Source: Flavobacteriales bacterium (GTDB lineage: Bacteria > Bacteroidota > Bacteroidia > Flavobacteriales_G > JALEGO01). From it: a DNA stretch of 64,000 bases. Numbering within the stretch: position 1 is the first letter of the stretch; every line of letters starts with the position of its first letter. Location of the stretch: NCBI GenBank assembly GCA_020631045.1, contig JAHDHZ010000006.1, positions 6,469 to 70,468 on the forward strand, given 5' to 3'. Shown here in pieces: positions 17,716 to 28,500 of this stretch. The position numbers and the translations under genes were made by a program. The notes beneath the pieces are model-generated. The model worked only from the letters and a program-made list of their open reading frames with translations. It did no database searches and was not told the origin of the DNA.

Positions 17716-18759
17716 TTAAGTGTTAAAATGTTTAAATCCTTGGGCTTGAAGCGGAACAACAGTTTCGTTTGGAGTTACTAAGTTTTTGCCAGCTTCAGCT
17801 TCAGTAATGTGCCCAATAATATGAATATTTTTTTGATCTTTTAAAGTTTCAAAATCTTTTTGATTGATTGTAAATAACAACTCATAATCTTCTCCTCCAT
17901 TTAAAGCACACATAGTAGGTGAGAGGTTCATTTCAAGGGCAGTAGAGTGAGTTTGTTGATCGATAGGAATCTTTTCTTCATAGATTTGAACCCCACAATT
18001 ACTTGCTTTGCAAATATGAAATAATTCACTGGCCAATCCATCTGAAACATCAATCATCGATGTTGGTTGAATGTTTTGCTGGTCAAAAAATTCAATGAGT
18101 TGCTTTTGTGCTTCAGGCTTAAGCTGCCGTTCAACGATGTAGGCATAAGAAGCTAAATCTGGTTGAATCTGACTGTTTTGCTGAAAGACTTCTTTCTCTC
18201 TTTCAAGCACTTGTAGGCCCATATAGGCAGCTCCAAGATCACCTGTTACACAGATCAAGTCATTGTGCTTAGCACCAGTTCTTTGAGTGATTTTTTCTGA
18301 GTTAGCAAATCCTATGGCAGTTACTGAAATGCACAATCCTGAGGGGCTAGAAGAAGTGTCCCCGCCCACTAAATCAACTTTGTAGCGCTCACATGCTAGG
18401 TGAATGCCTTTGTAGAGTTCTTCTATGGCTTGCAAAGAAAAACGATTCGAAACAGCAATAGAAACAGTTACCTGAGAAGCAAGTGCGTTCATGGCATAGA
18501 TGTCAGATAAATTAACAACAATCGCCTTGTAGCCTAAATGCTTTAAAGGCATATACATTAAGTTAAAATGAGTGCCCTCAATCAAAAGATCAGTTGAGCA
18601 CACTAATTGTTGAGCTTCTTTGGTTTGAATAATTGCAGCGTCATCTCCAATACCCAATTTAGTTTCTGGGTGAAACAACTTGGTTTTTGATGCAATTTGA
18701 TCAATTAGACCAAATTCACCAAGTTCAGAGAGTTCTTCAGGCTGTTTTTTTTTGCTCAT
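17716..18759 (-). CDS. thiL: thiamine-monophosphate kinase
   Basis: 347 aa with KLGIGDDAAII and VGGDTSSS; AIR-synthase-related fold typical of ThiL. Confidence 0.9.
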   Translation of the reverse strand: MSKKKQPEELSELGEFGLIDQIASKTKLFHPETKLGIGDDAAIIQTKEAQQLVCSTDLLIEGTHFNLMYMPLKHLGYKAIVVNLSDIYAMNALASQVTVSIAVSNRFSLQAIEELYKGIHLACERYKVDLVGGDTSSSPSGLCISVTAIGFANSEKITQRTGAKHNDLICVTGDLGAAYMGLQVLEREKEVFQQNSQIQPDLASYAYIVERQLKPEAQKQLIEFFDQQNIQPTSMIDVSDGLASELFHICKASNCGVQIYEEKIPIDQQTHSTALEMNLSPTMCALNGGEDYELLFTINQKDFETLKDQKNIHIIGHITEAEAGKNLVTPNETVVPLQAQGFKHFNT

Positions 18760-18765
18760 GTTATA

Positions 18766-21700
18766 CTAGTGAGAAATTAGTTTTTTAATAATTGGCCCTT
18801 GGCTTGTTTGAATAATTAAGCTGTAAATGCCGCTGTTTAATTGGGTTTGTATCTGTTTGTCTACAATTAAGTTATGGTTTGTGTAAACGCGTTTTGCTAA
18901 TCCATCAAAAATGTCAATGCTCAATATGTTTTTGTGCTTAAGCGCAGTTAAATCAAGGTTGAACATTCCGTCATTGCTTGGGTTAGGATAGACCATAATT
19001 GCATCGCTTATTGTTTTTAAATCAATACTGTTGGGCGCGGCAATTGTAATGGTACATACATCTGAGAAATTACCCCACTCGCCGTTGATTTTAACAGCTA
19101 CAGTTACTTCATAGAGTACTTCTGTTTCAGCGCTGTCTAACCAAGTGAATTGAAAGTCATTGCTTGGTATAAGTCTTGTATATTCTTGTGTAGTGCCAGT
19201 TTGAGTGTTGGTGATGCTCCATTTGTAATCTTCAGCTCCCGTAATAGGGTCAGCATATAGGTAATCTCCCATATTTACAAGCACTATATTACACATTGAA
19301 TCTATGACTCCTGTTGTTGCAATCGAATTACTGGCTTCAATGTGAAGAAGGCAAGTGTCACTGTATTGGCCGTAGTTTGTGCCGATGTGCGCGCGAACTC
19401 TAACCTGATAGGTTGTGCCATTTGAAATTCCTTGAACAGTATCTAATTGCAAGAAAGGAGCTGCACTTGAAGCCTGAGTAGGATTTCCGTTTAAGTCTGT
19501 AAACAACCATTCATATTCATCTGCTCCGGCAACAACCTCTGCTGAGATGATGTCTGAAAGTGAATTTATGGTATCATTGCAAAGTGCTGCAATTAAGCCA
19601 GTATTTTGGTTTTGGGGAGTTGAGTTTCCTGAACTTGTATCTACTGCAATTTCAAGGTTGATGGTATCAGCGCACACCCCATTTGCAGTAGTGTCAATGA
19701 CAATGAACTCATAATTTCCGGCAGTTAATGCATTGATGAAAATAGAATCTTGATCAACAATTGCAGCAGCTTGCATGCCGTTTTGTAGAATGCCAAAACC
19801 TGATGCTGAAGCAGTATTTGAAACAGCAAGAGTTACTGTTGCATCAGAAGCACTGATGCTTGATTCATAAGTGGTGTCAGCACTTAGAATCGAGAAATTA
19901 CATGGAGTGCTTCCGAAATTGGTAGTGGTAATTGTACAAAATAAGCCTAAGTTAAACTCAGCCCAAGAGCAAGGAGCAACAAAAGCTCGAACAAACACAT
20001 CGTAGGTGGTGTTTGGTAAAATCCCGCTCACAGTATCAATTTGTAGTGTGTTGTCATTTGACAGACTTGTAATCGTGTCTGTACCGTTGACAAACATAAA
20101 TTCATGCATGGTTGATCCTGCAACAGGATTGCCAAACGGAATAAATTTATTGGCACTATCAACAGCCATGATGTTGTTGGCACTTGATGACCCACAAACG
20201 GTTAAGTCAAGAATGGAACTGTTTACAGGTTGAGGTGCACACCCTGTGTCGATGGCAATAGCCAGTAAGGTGTCTGCGCAACTACTGTCGTCTATTACAA
20301 TCACATTATAAAGACCCTCACTTATATTAGAAATAGTCAAAACATTTGATGCAACACTAAATGCCGCGGATAAAAGAGTCGTGCCATTGGTGTCTACTGA
20401 GATGTTGCCATTTGCCCCAGATAGGTTTATTTCTATTGCGCCATCTGAAGCCCCTTGCATGCTTACGGGAGTGTGGTTGCCTTCGGTGATTGATAAATTA
20501 CAATTGAAGGTAGATGTTTGTGGGGTGTAAATTGTACAGCTAGTTCCGTTGCTAGTTGTGTCGCCATCAATAATTGCTTTTAATGAGAAGGTATAGCTGT
20601 CATTTTCATTAAAAAAACTTGCATGATCACTCATGTTGAAAAAATTATTTGAAAACGTAGAAAAACTCGTGTCACTCATGTCAGAAGCCTGAATCACTTC
20701 CCATAAATAAAGAATGGTTGATCCATTAGGGCCATATGGTTGAATGGTAGTTATATCTTGGTTTAGGGAATCTAATGTGTCATTACAAAATAATGAACTG
20801 ATTTGAGGCCCTGTAATCAAATTTAAAGGTGTTGAAATAATACAAGTATCGCCAAAATCAGAAGTGTCTCCATCAACAATTGCTCTTAACGTAAATTCAT
20901 ATGTTTGCCCTTCACTAAAATAGGCAGAGTGGTCAGACACATTGAAGAAGTTATTTGAAAAAGTTTCAAAAACAGTATCGTTTGCTTGCCCCAATTCACT
21001 TACGTGCCATAAGTAGAGTATTGAGTTTGGTGCAGGAACAATTGGTTGGTAAGGTTGTATGGTAGTAATGTCTTGAGAAAGAGAGTCTAGTGTGTCAGAG
21101 CAAAAAGAAGTTGTTATAGAAGGTCCTTGTAAAAGAGCAGTCCCGGGAGTTGTTATTAAACAAGTGTCGCCTGTTAGGGTTGTGTCTCCATCAATCACAG
21201 CATGAAGAAATACTTCGTAAGTTGTGGCTTCATTAAAAAAGGTTGGATAGTCTGATAACTTAATAAAGTTAGTTGTAAATGTCGGAATAACCGTATCTGA
21301 AGTAGAACCCAACTCTTGCGCATGCCAAAAATATAAAATAATATTTGCGGGTGGATTTACAGGTCCGTAAGGTTGTTCTGTTGTTATTTCTTGGTTTAAA
21401 GAATCAAGTGTGTTTGAGCAAAAGTCTTGATTAACGCTCGGGCCTGGTAGTTGATTTGATTCAACAGAGGGAGTGAATAAAGTACATGAATTTACTGAGT
21501 TGTTAGCAGTGCCACCTTGATATCCTCTGATGGTTACAATATACTCAGTTCCAGGAAAAGAATTGAAGGCATCAAATAAGGCTCTACTATTTTGAGTTCC
21601 AGTAAAATCATAGACTGTATCGCCTAAAGTTGTCGTAACAATCCAACTGACAGAATCATGTCCTAAAAGGTTTATGGTTGTTTGTTGAGTAAGGGTGTCG

Positions 21701-23118
21701 ATGGTGTCTGAGCAAGTAGTAGAAAGATCGCCAAAGGGGGGGGTCGGCACTCCGTTGGTAAAGAAAGGAATATTTGTATTGGAGGTTTCTCCTACTGTGA
21801 CTTCAATCGTGTCTTTACATGCCTTGGGGGTGTAGTTGTTGTTGAAGTATTCAACTCTTATTTGATAGGTTCCGGATGTTAAGTTCTGAAATGACGCATC
21901 AGGGAAACCTGGTCCAGATAATTCTGGCGAAATCGTAATTGGTGTAGATTGATCTACATTACTTCTTCTGAATAAATAATTTACAGGACTTGGCGAAGAA
22001 AGGTCTCCTGGGTGGAGTGCTTGAACAGAAATTGACCCGATGCCGCTACTCGCTGAATCATCAATTACTGAGGTATAGTTAAAGCTAAAGTTAGAGCAGT
22101 TCCATGGCTCTGGGTTAATTTTGACATTTTCTTCAATAGTGTTACATGAAACATTACTAGCGTCAAAGACTAAAAAATCATATGCAATGGTATCTAAATT
22201 AATGGCTGTGAAAGGAGCGGTTTGATTAAAGTAATCAATCGATGGAGCTAATATGTCATTTGTTTCTAAAATTTGAATGTCATAAGTGCCCGATCCACCC
22301 GAAATAAAAAGTGTTGCTTGGCCATCATTATAAAGATTAGGAGTTGCGAACTGTGTTTGGAAAGAATCAATCAATAAGGTACACGGCGGGGCAGGAGTAG
22401 TAATAAACAACTGCCCCCATTCAGACATTTTGCTGTTGTTAGGATTTGCAGCATCTATGGCATGCGCATATTCAAGAATATACTGCTCGCCAAGTGCAAC
22501 ACTAAAATTAGCAGTATTAAAATCATCAAAGTAAATAGATCGGTTTGGCCCGCCACTAAACAAGCTTTGGTGAATTGATGAGACGTAATTGCCTTTGTGT
22601 TTTAGTCTAAAAACAATAAGATCATAGTTCACATCGTTTGCAATAAAATTGATTTGTTGGTCAAGAGAATCGAGTTCGTTTTGTGAAAGGTCAGCAGAAT
22701 CAGGACAATTCGGAATCGCAATAGAATTGTCAAGAGGATAAAAGCAAAATTCTACATCGTCAGATATGGGCGGAGACATTGTTCCGTCTTCAGAGCTAAC
22801 TTGAATTTGATTAGGAGCAGAGCCACTGTGCAGGCCGGTGTCTAAGTCTGCGTTTGATAAAATGTATTGAAGGGTTACAAATGTGTCTGTGATTTGAGGG
22901 GTGATTGCGTTGAACATGCCCCACTGTTCAGTGTAAAGATGAAAAATATATCCGTTTACTCCAGGGTTGTTGTCTGTATAACATTTGATCGTATCATTTT
23001 CATTGAATATGATTGGGTTGAGCAGATCAATACCCTCTCTTGGAGAGCTTATTTGAGGTTGGCTCAAAAAAGTAAGTGGTATAAAGAAAAGAATGATATA
23101 TGTATAAAGAGACTTCAT
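18766..23118 (-). CDS. giant secreted multi-repeat surface protein, T9SS type A C-terminal sorting domain
   Basis: 1450 aa with signal peptide MKSLYTYIILFFIPLTFLSQ. It contains many Cys-bracketed ~95-105-aa modules, including three tandem copies at aa ~555-870. The C-terminus VYPNPSNDGMFNLDL...GIYSLIIQTSQGPIIKKLISH fits the Por-secretion-tail (type A CTD) pattern. Confidence 0.8.
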   Translation of the reverse strand: MKSLYTYIILFFIPLTFLSQPQISSPREGIDLLNPIIFNENDTIKCYTDNNPGVNGYIFHLYTEQWGMFNAITPQITDTFVTLQYILSNADLDTGLHSGSAPNQIQVSSEDGTMSPPISDDVEFCFYPLDNSIAIPNCPDSADLSQNELDSLDQQINFIANDVNYDLIVFRLKHKGNYVSSIHQSLFSGGPNRSIYFDDFNTANFSVALGEQYILEYAHAIDAANPNNSKMSEWGQLFITTPAPPCTLLIDSFQTQFATPNLYNDGQATLFISGGSGTYDIQILETNDILAPSIDYFNQTAPFTAINLDTIAYDFLVFDASNVSCNTIEENVKINPEPWNCSNFSFNYTSVIDDSASSGIGSISVQALHPGDLSSPSPVNYLFRRSNVDQSTPITISPELSGPGFPDASFQNLTSGTYQIRVEYFNNNYTPKACKDTIEVTVGETSNTNIPFFTNGVPTPPFGDLSTTCSDTIDTLTQQTTINLLGHDSVSWIVTTTLGDTVYDFTGTQNSRALFDAFNSFPGTEYIVTIRGYQGGTANNSVNSCTLFTPSVESNQLPGPSVNQDFCSNTLDSLNQEITTEQPYGPVNPPANIILYFWHAQELGSTSDTVIPTFTTNFIKLSDYPTFFNEATTYEVFLHAVIDGDTTLTGDTCLITTPGTALLQGPSITTSFCSDTLDSLSQDITTIQPYQPIVPAPNSILYLWHVSELGQANDTVFETFSNNFFNVSDHSAYFSEGQTYEFTLRAIVDGDTSDFGDTCIISTPLNLITGPQISSLFCNDTLDSLNQDITTIQPYGPNGSTILYLWEVIQASDMSDTSFSTFSNNFFNMSDHASFFNENDSYTFSLKAIIDGDTTSNGTSCTIYTPQTSTFNCNLSITEGNHTPVSMQGASDGAIEINLSGANGNISVDTNGTTLLSAAFSVASNVLTISNISEGLYNVIVIDDSSCADTLLAIAIDTGCAPQPVNSSILDLTVCGSSSANNIMAVDSANKFIPFGNPVAGSTMHEFMFVNGTDTITSLSNDNTLQIDTVSGILPNTTYDVFVRAFVAPCSWAEFNLGLFCTITTTNFGSTPCNFSILSADTTYESSISASDATVTLAVSNTASASGFGILQNGMQAAAIVDQDSIFINALTAGNYEFIVIDTTANGVCADTINLEIAVDTSSGNSTPQNQNTGLIAALCNDTINSLSDIISAEVVAGADEYEWLFTDLNGNPTQASSAAPFLQLDTVQGISNGTTYQVRVRAHIGTNYGQYSDTCLLHIEASNSIATTGVIDSMCNIVLVNMGDYLYADPITGAEDYKWSITNTQTGTTQEYTRLIPSNDFQFTWLDSAETEVLYEVTVAVKINGEWGNFSDVCTITIAAPNSIDLKTISDAIMVYPNPSNDGMFNLDLTALKHKNILSIDIFDGLAKRVYTNHNLIVDKQIQTQLNSGIYSLIIQTSQGPIIKKLISH

Positions 23119-23170
23119 TGTTTGTATGTTAACACCAATGTTTTAACGATTAAAAGTAAATTAGGTTGCA

Positions 23171-25504
23171 TTATGGTTGAATATTGAGTTTTTTAACCCA
23201 ATATGATTGTTCAGATTTAAACACCAATAGATAAGTAGAGCTTGGGAGATTTGGTGGTAGTTGAATGTTATTTATGCCTGGCCTTAAGTGATTTGAATAA
23301 ATGCTTTGTCCTTTTAAGTTTTGAATTTCAAGTAAGCTGTTTTGCTCGGCCTCGACAGTTAAAAGTTGATCACGTTTTATGGGGTTAGGATAAAATTGAG
23401 GAGCTTTTTGAGTGTTTTTTTGCTCAATTGAGGTTGCATATTGAGCTGGTATGGTAATCTCACAGGCATCAGCATAAGTGCCCCAAATACCATTTACTTT
23501 TGCTAAAACAGAAATAAAATAGGTGTTTTCGTAAATAAGCCCATTGATGAGGTGTAAGTGCAGGTCTGTAGCTGCAATTTCTCTGGTATATTCAAATACA
23601 TTGCCATTGCGGTCGTCAAGTTTCCATCGAAATTGCTCAGCTCCAGTAACACCCAAACAATATAAAGCACTGTTGGGGCTTTCTAAAGTAGTGCCACACA
23701 TTGAAGGCAAAACCTGAACATTTTCAACTTGATTTTCAGGCAACAAAATCTGACAGGTAGATCCATAGTGGCTCCATTGGTTGTTTACTTGAATGGCTAC
23801 TTGAACTTGCATGTATCCGTCATACCAAATTCCGACTTGAGTCAAGTCTAAAACACCTCTAGAATCAGTGTGCTCTAATTGATCTTGATTTTCAAAAGTC
23901 ATTAAGAAACGATAATTGCTGGCGCCTTGTATAAGATCAGCTTGAAGTGATGCATTTAATGAACTTAGACTCACTGAACAATCTTGTGTTCTTAATTGAG
24001 TTGGTTCAAGTGGAGGATAAGCGGTAGTGATTTGACAGGTTTGGTCATAATTTAAGTAAGAACCGTTTACTTTGCCTTTGACCTGAATATTTATGATTTG
24101 GTCATGACCAATCCCGGGAAGATTTGCCATGTTAAAATAATTGGCAGGGCTTTCAATTTCATGTACAATTCCTGACGAGGTATATTCGAATCGAAACATA
24201 TAATCAGAGGCGTTGGTCACTTGATTACAAGTGATAAATTGATCTAAACTGTCAAGGCGTTGATTGCAAAATTGTGCCTCTATATTGGCTGTAGTAATCG
24301 GAGCAGCTGAAATATGTATAAGACAGATATCGCTGTAATTGCCCCAATGACTATTTACTTGAGCTTTTACGCGCACCTCATAAGAGCTGCTGTAATCAAG
24401 GTGACTTTCGTTAAGGTTGATCGATGTTGAAGAACTTGTTAGTTCAATGATTTGATTAGTAGATGCGTTTTTAAGTTCAAAACTATACATGCTCGCATTG
24501 CTTACTGAAAAACATTCGATTGTTTGATGAAGTCCGTTGAAGCTTGCGTGGCAGTCAGAATTGATGAGCTTAGTGTTTTCAATCGCTGCTTGAGGTGTTT
24601 GAACAGTACAAGAAGTTGAATATCCTGACCACTGACCACCTACAAAAGCTTGCGCTTCGATGTTGTAATTTTGGTTGTAGGTTACTCCATTTGCATCAGA
24701 AAATACAAAGCTCGGGCTTGCGCTAGTTAGTTCGTCAAGTTGTGATCCTGCAAGAGTACTAACTTTAAATTTATAACTCGAAGCTGAAGCCACTGGTTCG
24801 CATGAAATGGTCTCATCAAGGCTGTTGAGTGTGCTGCCACATTGTGCAGTAACTACTTGGGTTGTTGAAGCATTAGATCCTGTAGGAGCACTCACAGCAC
24901 ATGTTTGGCCAAATTGCCCCCAGGTAGTGCCTACTTGAGCGCGTACTGAAATTTGATAGGTAGCGCCCTGTTGAACACCTGAAACAGAATTAAAGATAAA
25001 ATTACGATCACTTCTCTGAATGACTTGATAAGAATTGTCAGGAAATTCAAGTTTGAATTCATAGGTATTGGCATTTGTAACTTGATTGCAATGCACAACA
25101 TCTGTCATTGATGTAAGCGTATGGCCACACTGGGTTGAAATAATACTTGTTTGATCAACAACTGAATCAGGAAATGTAACAAAGCATCCGCTGCTCCAGG
25201 GTCCCCAATTGCCAGCTACTTTTGCTTTTACTTGAATGAGGTAAAGTTCATCATAGTGTTCTAGGTTAGGGATATTCATAAAATTGATTTGAGGCTCGCT
25301 CACAGTTTGACCTGAAACAATAGAGCCTGATCCTGGAGTGAATTGAAACTGATAGAGTTCTGCTGATGCAACAGGATTACAATAAATGAATTGCTCGCCA
25401 ATGACCAGTGTGCTGTTGCATTGATCGGCTATGATTTCAGTGGTTTGACTCTGTGAAATTTGTATTGTTAAAACACAGATAAGAAAAGAGATGATCGGTT
25501 TCAT
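23171..25504 (-). CDS. secreted protein made of seven Cys-bracketed ~95-aa modules + T9SS type A C-terminal sorting domain
   Basis: 777 aa with a signal peptide. Seven units have the form QCGxTLxSLxxxIxCxxVxxAxxYxF...W(G)xYxxxCxVxxP. The C-terminus is FYPNPIKRDQLLTVEA...STYLLVFKSEQSYWVKKLNIQP. Confidence 0.8.
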   Translation of the reverse strand: MKPIISFLICVLTIQISQSQTTEIIADQCNSTLVIGEQFIYCNPVASAELYQFQFTPGSGSIVSGQTVSEPQINFMNIPNLEHYDELYLIQVKAKVAGNWGPWSSGCFVTFPDSVVDQTSIISTQCGHTLTSMTDVVHCNQVTNANTYEFKLEFPDNSYQVIQRSDRNFIFNSVSGVQQGATYQISVRAQVGTTWGQFGQTCAVSAPTGSNASTTQVVTAQCGSTLNSLDETISCEPVASASSYKFKVSTLAGSQLDELTSASPSFVFSDANGVTYNQNYNIEAQAFVGGQWSGYSTSCTVQTPQAAIENTKLINSDCHASFNGLHQTIECFSVSNASMYSFELKNASTNQIIELTSSSTSINLNESHLDYSSSYEVRVKAQVNSHWGNYSDICLIHISAAPITTANIEAQFCNQRLDSLDQFITCNQVTNASDYMFRFEYTSSGIVHEIESPANYFNMANLPGIGHDQIINIQVKGKVNGSYLNYDQTCQITTAYPPLEPTQLRTQDCSVSLSSLNASLQADLIQGASNYRFLMTFENQDQLEHTDSRGVLDLTQVGIWYDGYMQVQVAIQVNNQWSHYGSTCQILLPENQVENVQVLPSMCGTTLESPNSALYCLGVTGAEQFRWKLDDRNGNVFEYTREIAATDLHLHLINGLIYENTYFISVLAKVNGIWGTYADACEITIPAQYATSIEQKNTQKAPQFYPNPIKRDQLLTVEAEQNSLLEIQNLKGQSIYSNHLRPGINNIQLPPNLPSSTYLLVFKSEQSYWVKKLNIQP

Positions 25505-25524
25505 GTTTTATGAGTTTATTTTGC

Positions 25525-28500
25525 TTACTTAATGATCAGCAGTTTGCTTTCTTTTTGAGTGTTTTGCTGTACTAAAATTGTGTATACTCCAGTTGAAAGG
25601 TGGCTAGGTAAATCGATTGATTTGGCTTTCGTAGAGCTTGAAAATACTTCTTGCATGCTTGCATTGTAAATCATGATATTTTTGTGATTTTCATTTGTAA
25701 AACGAATTGAAGAAGCACTTCCCGCAACAGATGGGTTAGGATAAATTGATTCAATGATGCTACTTGTATTGTTGAGCCATTGATTCGAGGTAGTAAAATC
25801 TGAAGGGGTAGTGACTTGGCAGTGTGATCCGTATTCAGTGATGCGGCCATTAATTTGAGCTTTTACGCGAAGTTCGTAGGTGGTGGCACTCTGAGCATTT
25901 TCAAGCCAAATGAATGTAAAGTCATTTTGATTGACATCTCTGATGTATTCTTCTACTTCTAGGGTTTGTCTGTTGGTGATTTGCCAAATGTATTTTTCAG
26001 CTCCACTTAGCTCATTGCACTCTATGAAGTCAGTGATGCGATCAAGAGTTTGTCCGCAAAATTCTTGTTTTACTTCAGTTGTAGGTGCTGAAGGAGTGGT
26101 GATCGCGCAAGAGGTGCCGTAAGTTTGCCAAGCATTGTTGATTCTAGCTTTTACAGAAATCTGATAGGTGCTGGAGTATTGTAATTCATTGACATCATCT
26201 AAGACCAATAAGTTACTTTGAGTGGCTCTTGGGTGCTCAATGACTTGACCATCTGAAGTGATGAATCTCCACTTATACTCTTGAGCATTTGTAAGAGCAT
26301 TGCACTGAATATGATCTGTGAAACTTGAAAGTGTAGTGCCGCAATATGCTGCTTGAACCTCTGTTGTTAAGGCAGGAGGAGCAGGCGTGGTAATAGAACA
26401 AGATGCAGCATACCCCCCCCAAACATTGTTTGATTGAATTTTAACGCGCATGTGATAAGTAGCATCAAACTCAATACCTGCTTGGTTAACAAGATTTATA
26501 GCATTATTTGTGCTTAAAACATATTGAATACTTTGATCAGGATAAGTGATTTCAAACATATATTGTTGAGCACTGTTGATTGGCGTGCAATAAATTAACT
26601 CATCAATTGCATTTAAAAGAGTGTTGCACTGACTGTGGTGGATTTCTGTAGTTGCAATCTGCACTGTTCCTGCGTCAATCGAAACAGACTTTACATCTGA
26701 GCAATTGTTGTTGTCAGTAACTGTTGCGGTGTATGTTGCAGGAGCTAGATTAGAAATACTGCCAGTGTTTGCGCCATTAGACCAGTTGTAGGTGTAAGGA
26801 ACTGATCCACCCGAAACGTTAAGACTTACAGATCCATCAGAAGCACCTTGAGTGGTTTCATTGGTAGAAGAAATGCTTACAGAGAAGTTTTGGCAAGGGT
26901 CATTGCCTGCGTTTACAGAAACAGACTTTACATCTGAGCAATTGTTGTTGTCAGTAACTGTTGCGGTGTATGTTGCAGGAGCTAGATTAGAAATACTGCC
27001 AGTGTTTGCGCCATTAGACCAGTTGTAGGTGTAAGGAACTGATCCACCCGAAACGTTAAGACTTACAGATCCATCAGAAGCACCTTGAGTGGTTTCATTG
27101 GTAGAAGAAATGCTTACAGAGAAGTTTTGGCAAGGGTCATTGCCTGCGTTTACAGAAACAGACTTTACCTCAGAACAATTATTGTTGTCAGTAACAGTCG
27201 CTGTATAAGTAGCTGGCGCTAGATTAGAAATACTGGCAGTGTTTGCGCCATTAGACCAGTTGTAGGTGTAAGGAGCTGATCCACCCGAAACGTTAAGACT
27301 TGCAGATCCGTCAGAAGCACCTTGAGTGGTTTCATTGGCAGAAGAAATGCTTACAGAGAAGTTTTGGCAAGGGTCGCTGCCTGCTTGAATCGTGAAGTTT
27401 TCAGTAGTAAGACATGAAAAAGCATCATAAACACTTACAGAATAGTTGTTGGGAGAAAGATTTTGAAGGCTTTGTTGGGTAGCGCCGTTAGACCAGTTAT
27501 AGGTGTAAGGGGCTGATCCGCCTGAAATACTAACACTCGCAGATCCGTCAGAAGCGCCCTGAATGGTTTCATTGGTGTAAGAAACAAGTAGCGTGTTTTG
27601 GCATGCAGGAGTGCTCAACTGGCAAGTGTTGCCAAACTCTGACCATGCGTTGTTGACCATGCTGCGTACCTTAACGAGATAGGTTTGGTTGTATGTGATG
27701 TTTTGAATTGAATTTAATGAGAAATTATTTGAAGATTGAGTTAAAACGTCATGTGGTGAGCCGTTGGTGTTGAGTATGTGAAATTCGTATTGACTTGCAT
27801 TGCTTACTGGGGTGCACTGAATAGTCTGTTGCATGCTTGAAGCTGTTGAGTTACAAAAGTTTTGAGTAAGTTGAGTTGTGGCAATAGGGTCTGGTTGACT
27901 TGAGCCATAAAACACAACTGAATAATCTTCGGTTTCTCCCATTTCAGGATTGTAACAAGCAGAACTGATGGAGTTGTTGCTCTTGTCAGAGATGACGCGC
28001 ATTCTTAAAAATTGATTTTCAGTTAGGTTGCTTGGAGTGGCGATGCTGCCAGTATGCAGGGTTTTGTTTTGGCTAGAGAATACCTCTTCTGAAGCATCAG
28101 AGAAATCACCATCATTGTTGTAGTCAATAAAGACTTTAATGTTTTCTGTGTTGATGCCATTTTTAATGCTAATAGAATAAGTTGATGTTTTTTCTAGTGC
28201 TGTAAAATAAAAGCAGGTTCTGTCGTTGTATCCGCCGTCTCCAGAGGTACTTAAAGAACTTACATCTAATGTGTTTAGGGTGACGTTTCGAATGCCGTAA
28301 CCAAAGTAATTGTTGGTGTTTGTTGTGGTTGTGAGGCAAGCTTGTGCGGGATTGGTGTTGTTGGATGGAGCAATTAAGGCAGATGAGCTGATCAGTCCTG
28401 AGCGCTCAGTAAGTATGGCTGCTCTCATGCGATCTTTTTGACCTTGTGTAAAGTTAGTTTGACAAGCATCGGAGGAGTAAGAAAGAAAGTTTGAAGAGAT

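Noticed and set aside
26681-27600. Regular 237-bp direct repeats, considered as a possible CRISPR-like or satellite array
   Set aside because: There are no unique spacers between units and the period is far too long for CRISPR. The units are in frame and encode SprB-type protein repeats inside a continuous 1293-aa ORF. There are no cas genes in the window.
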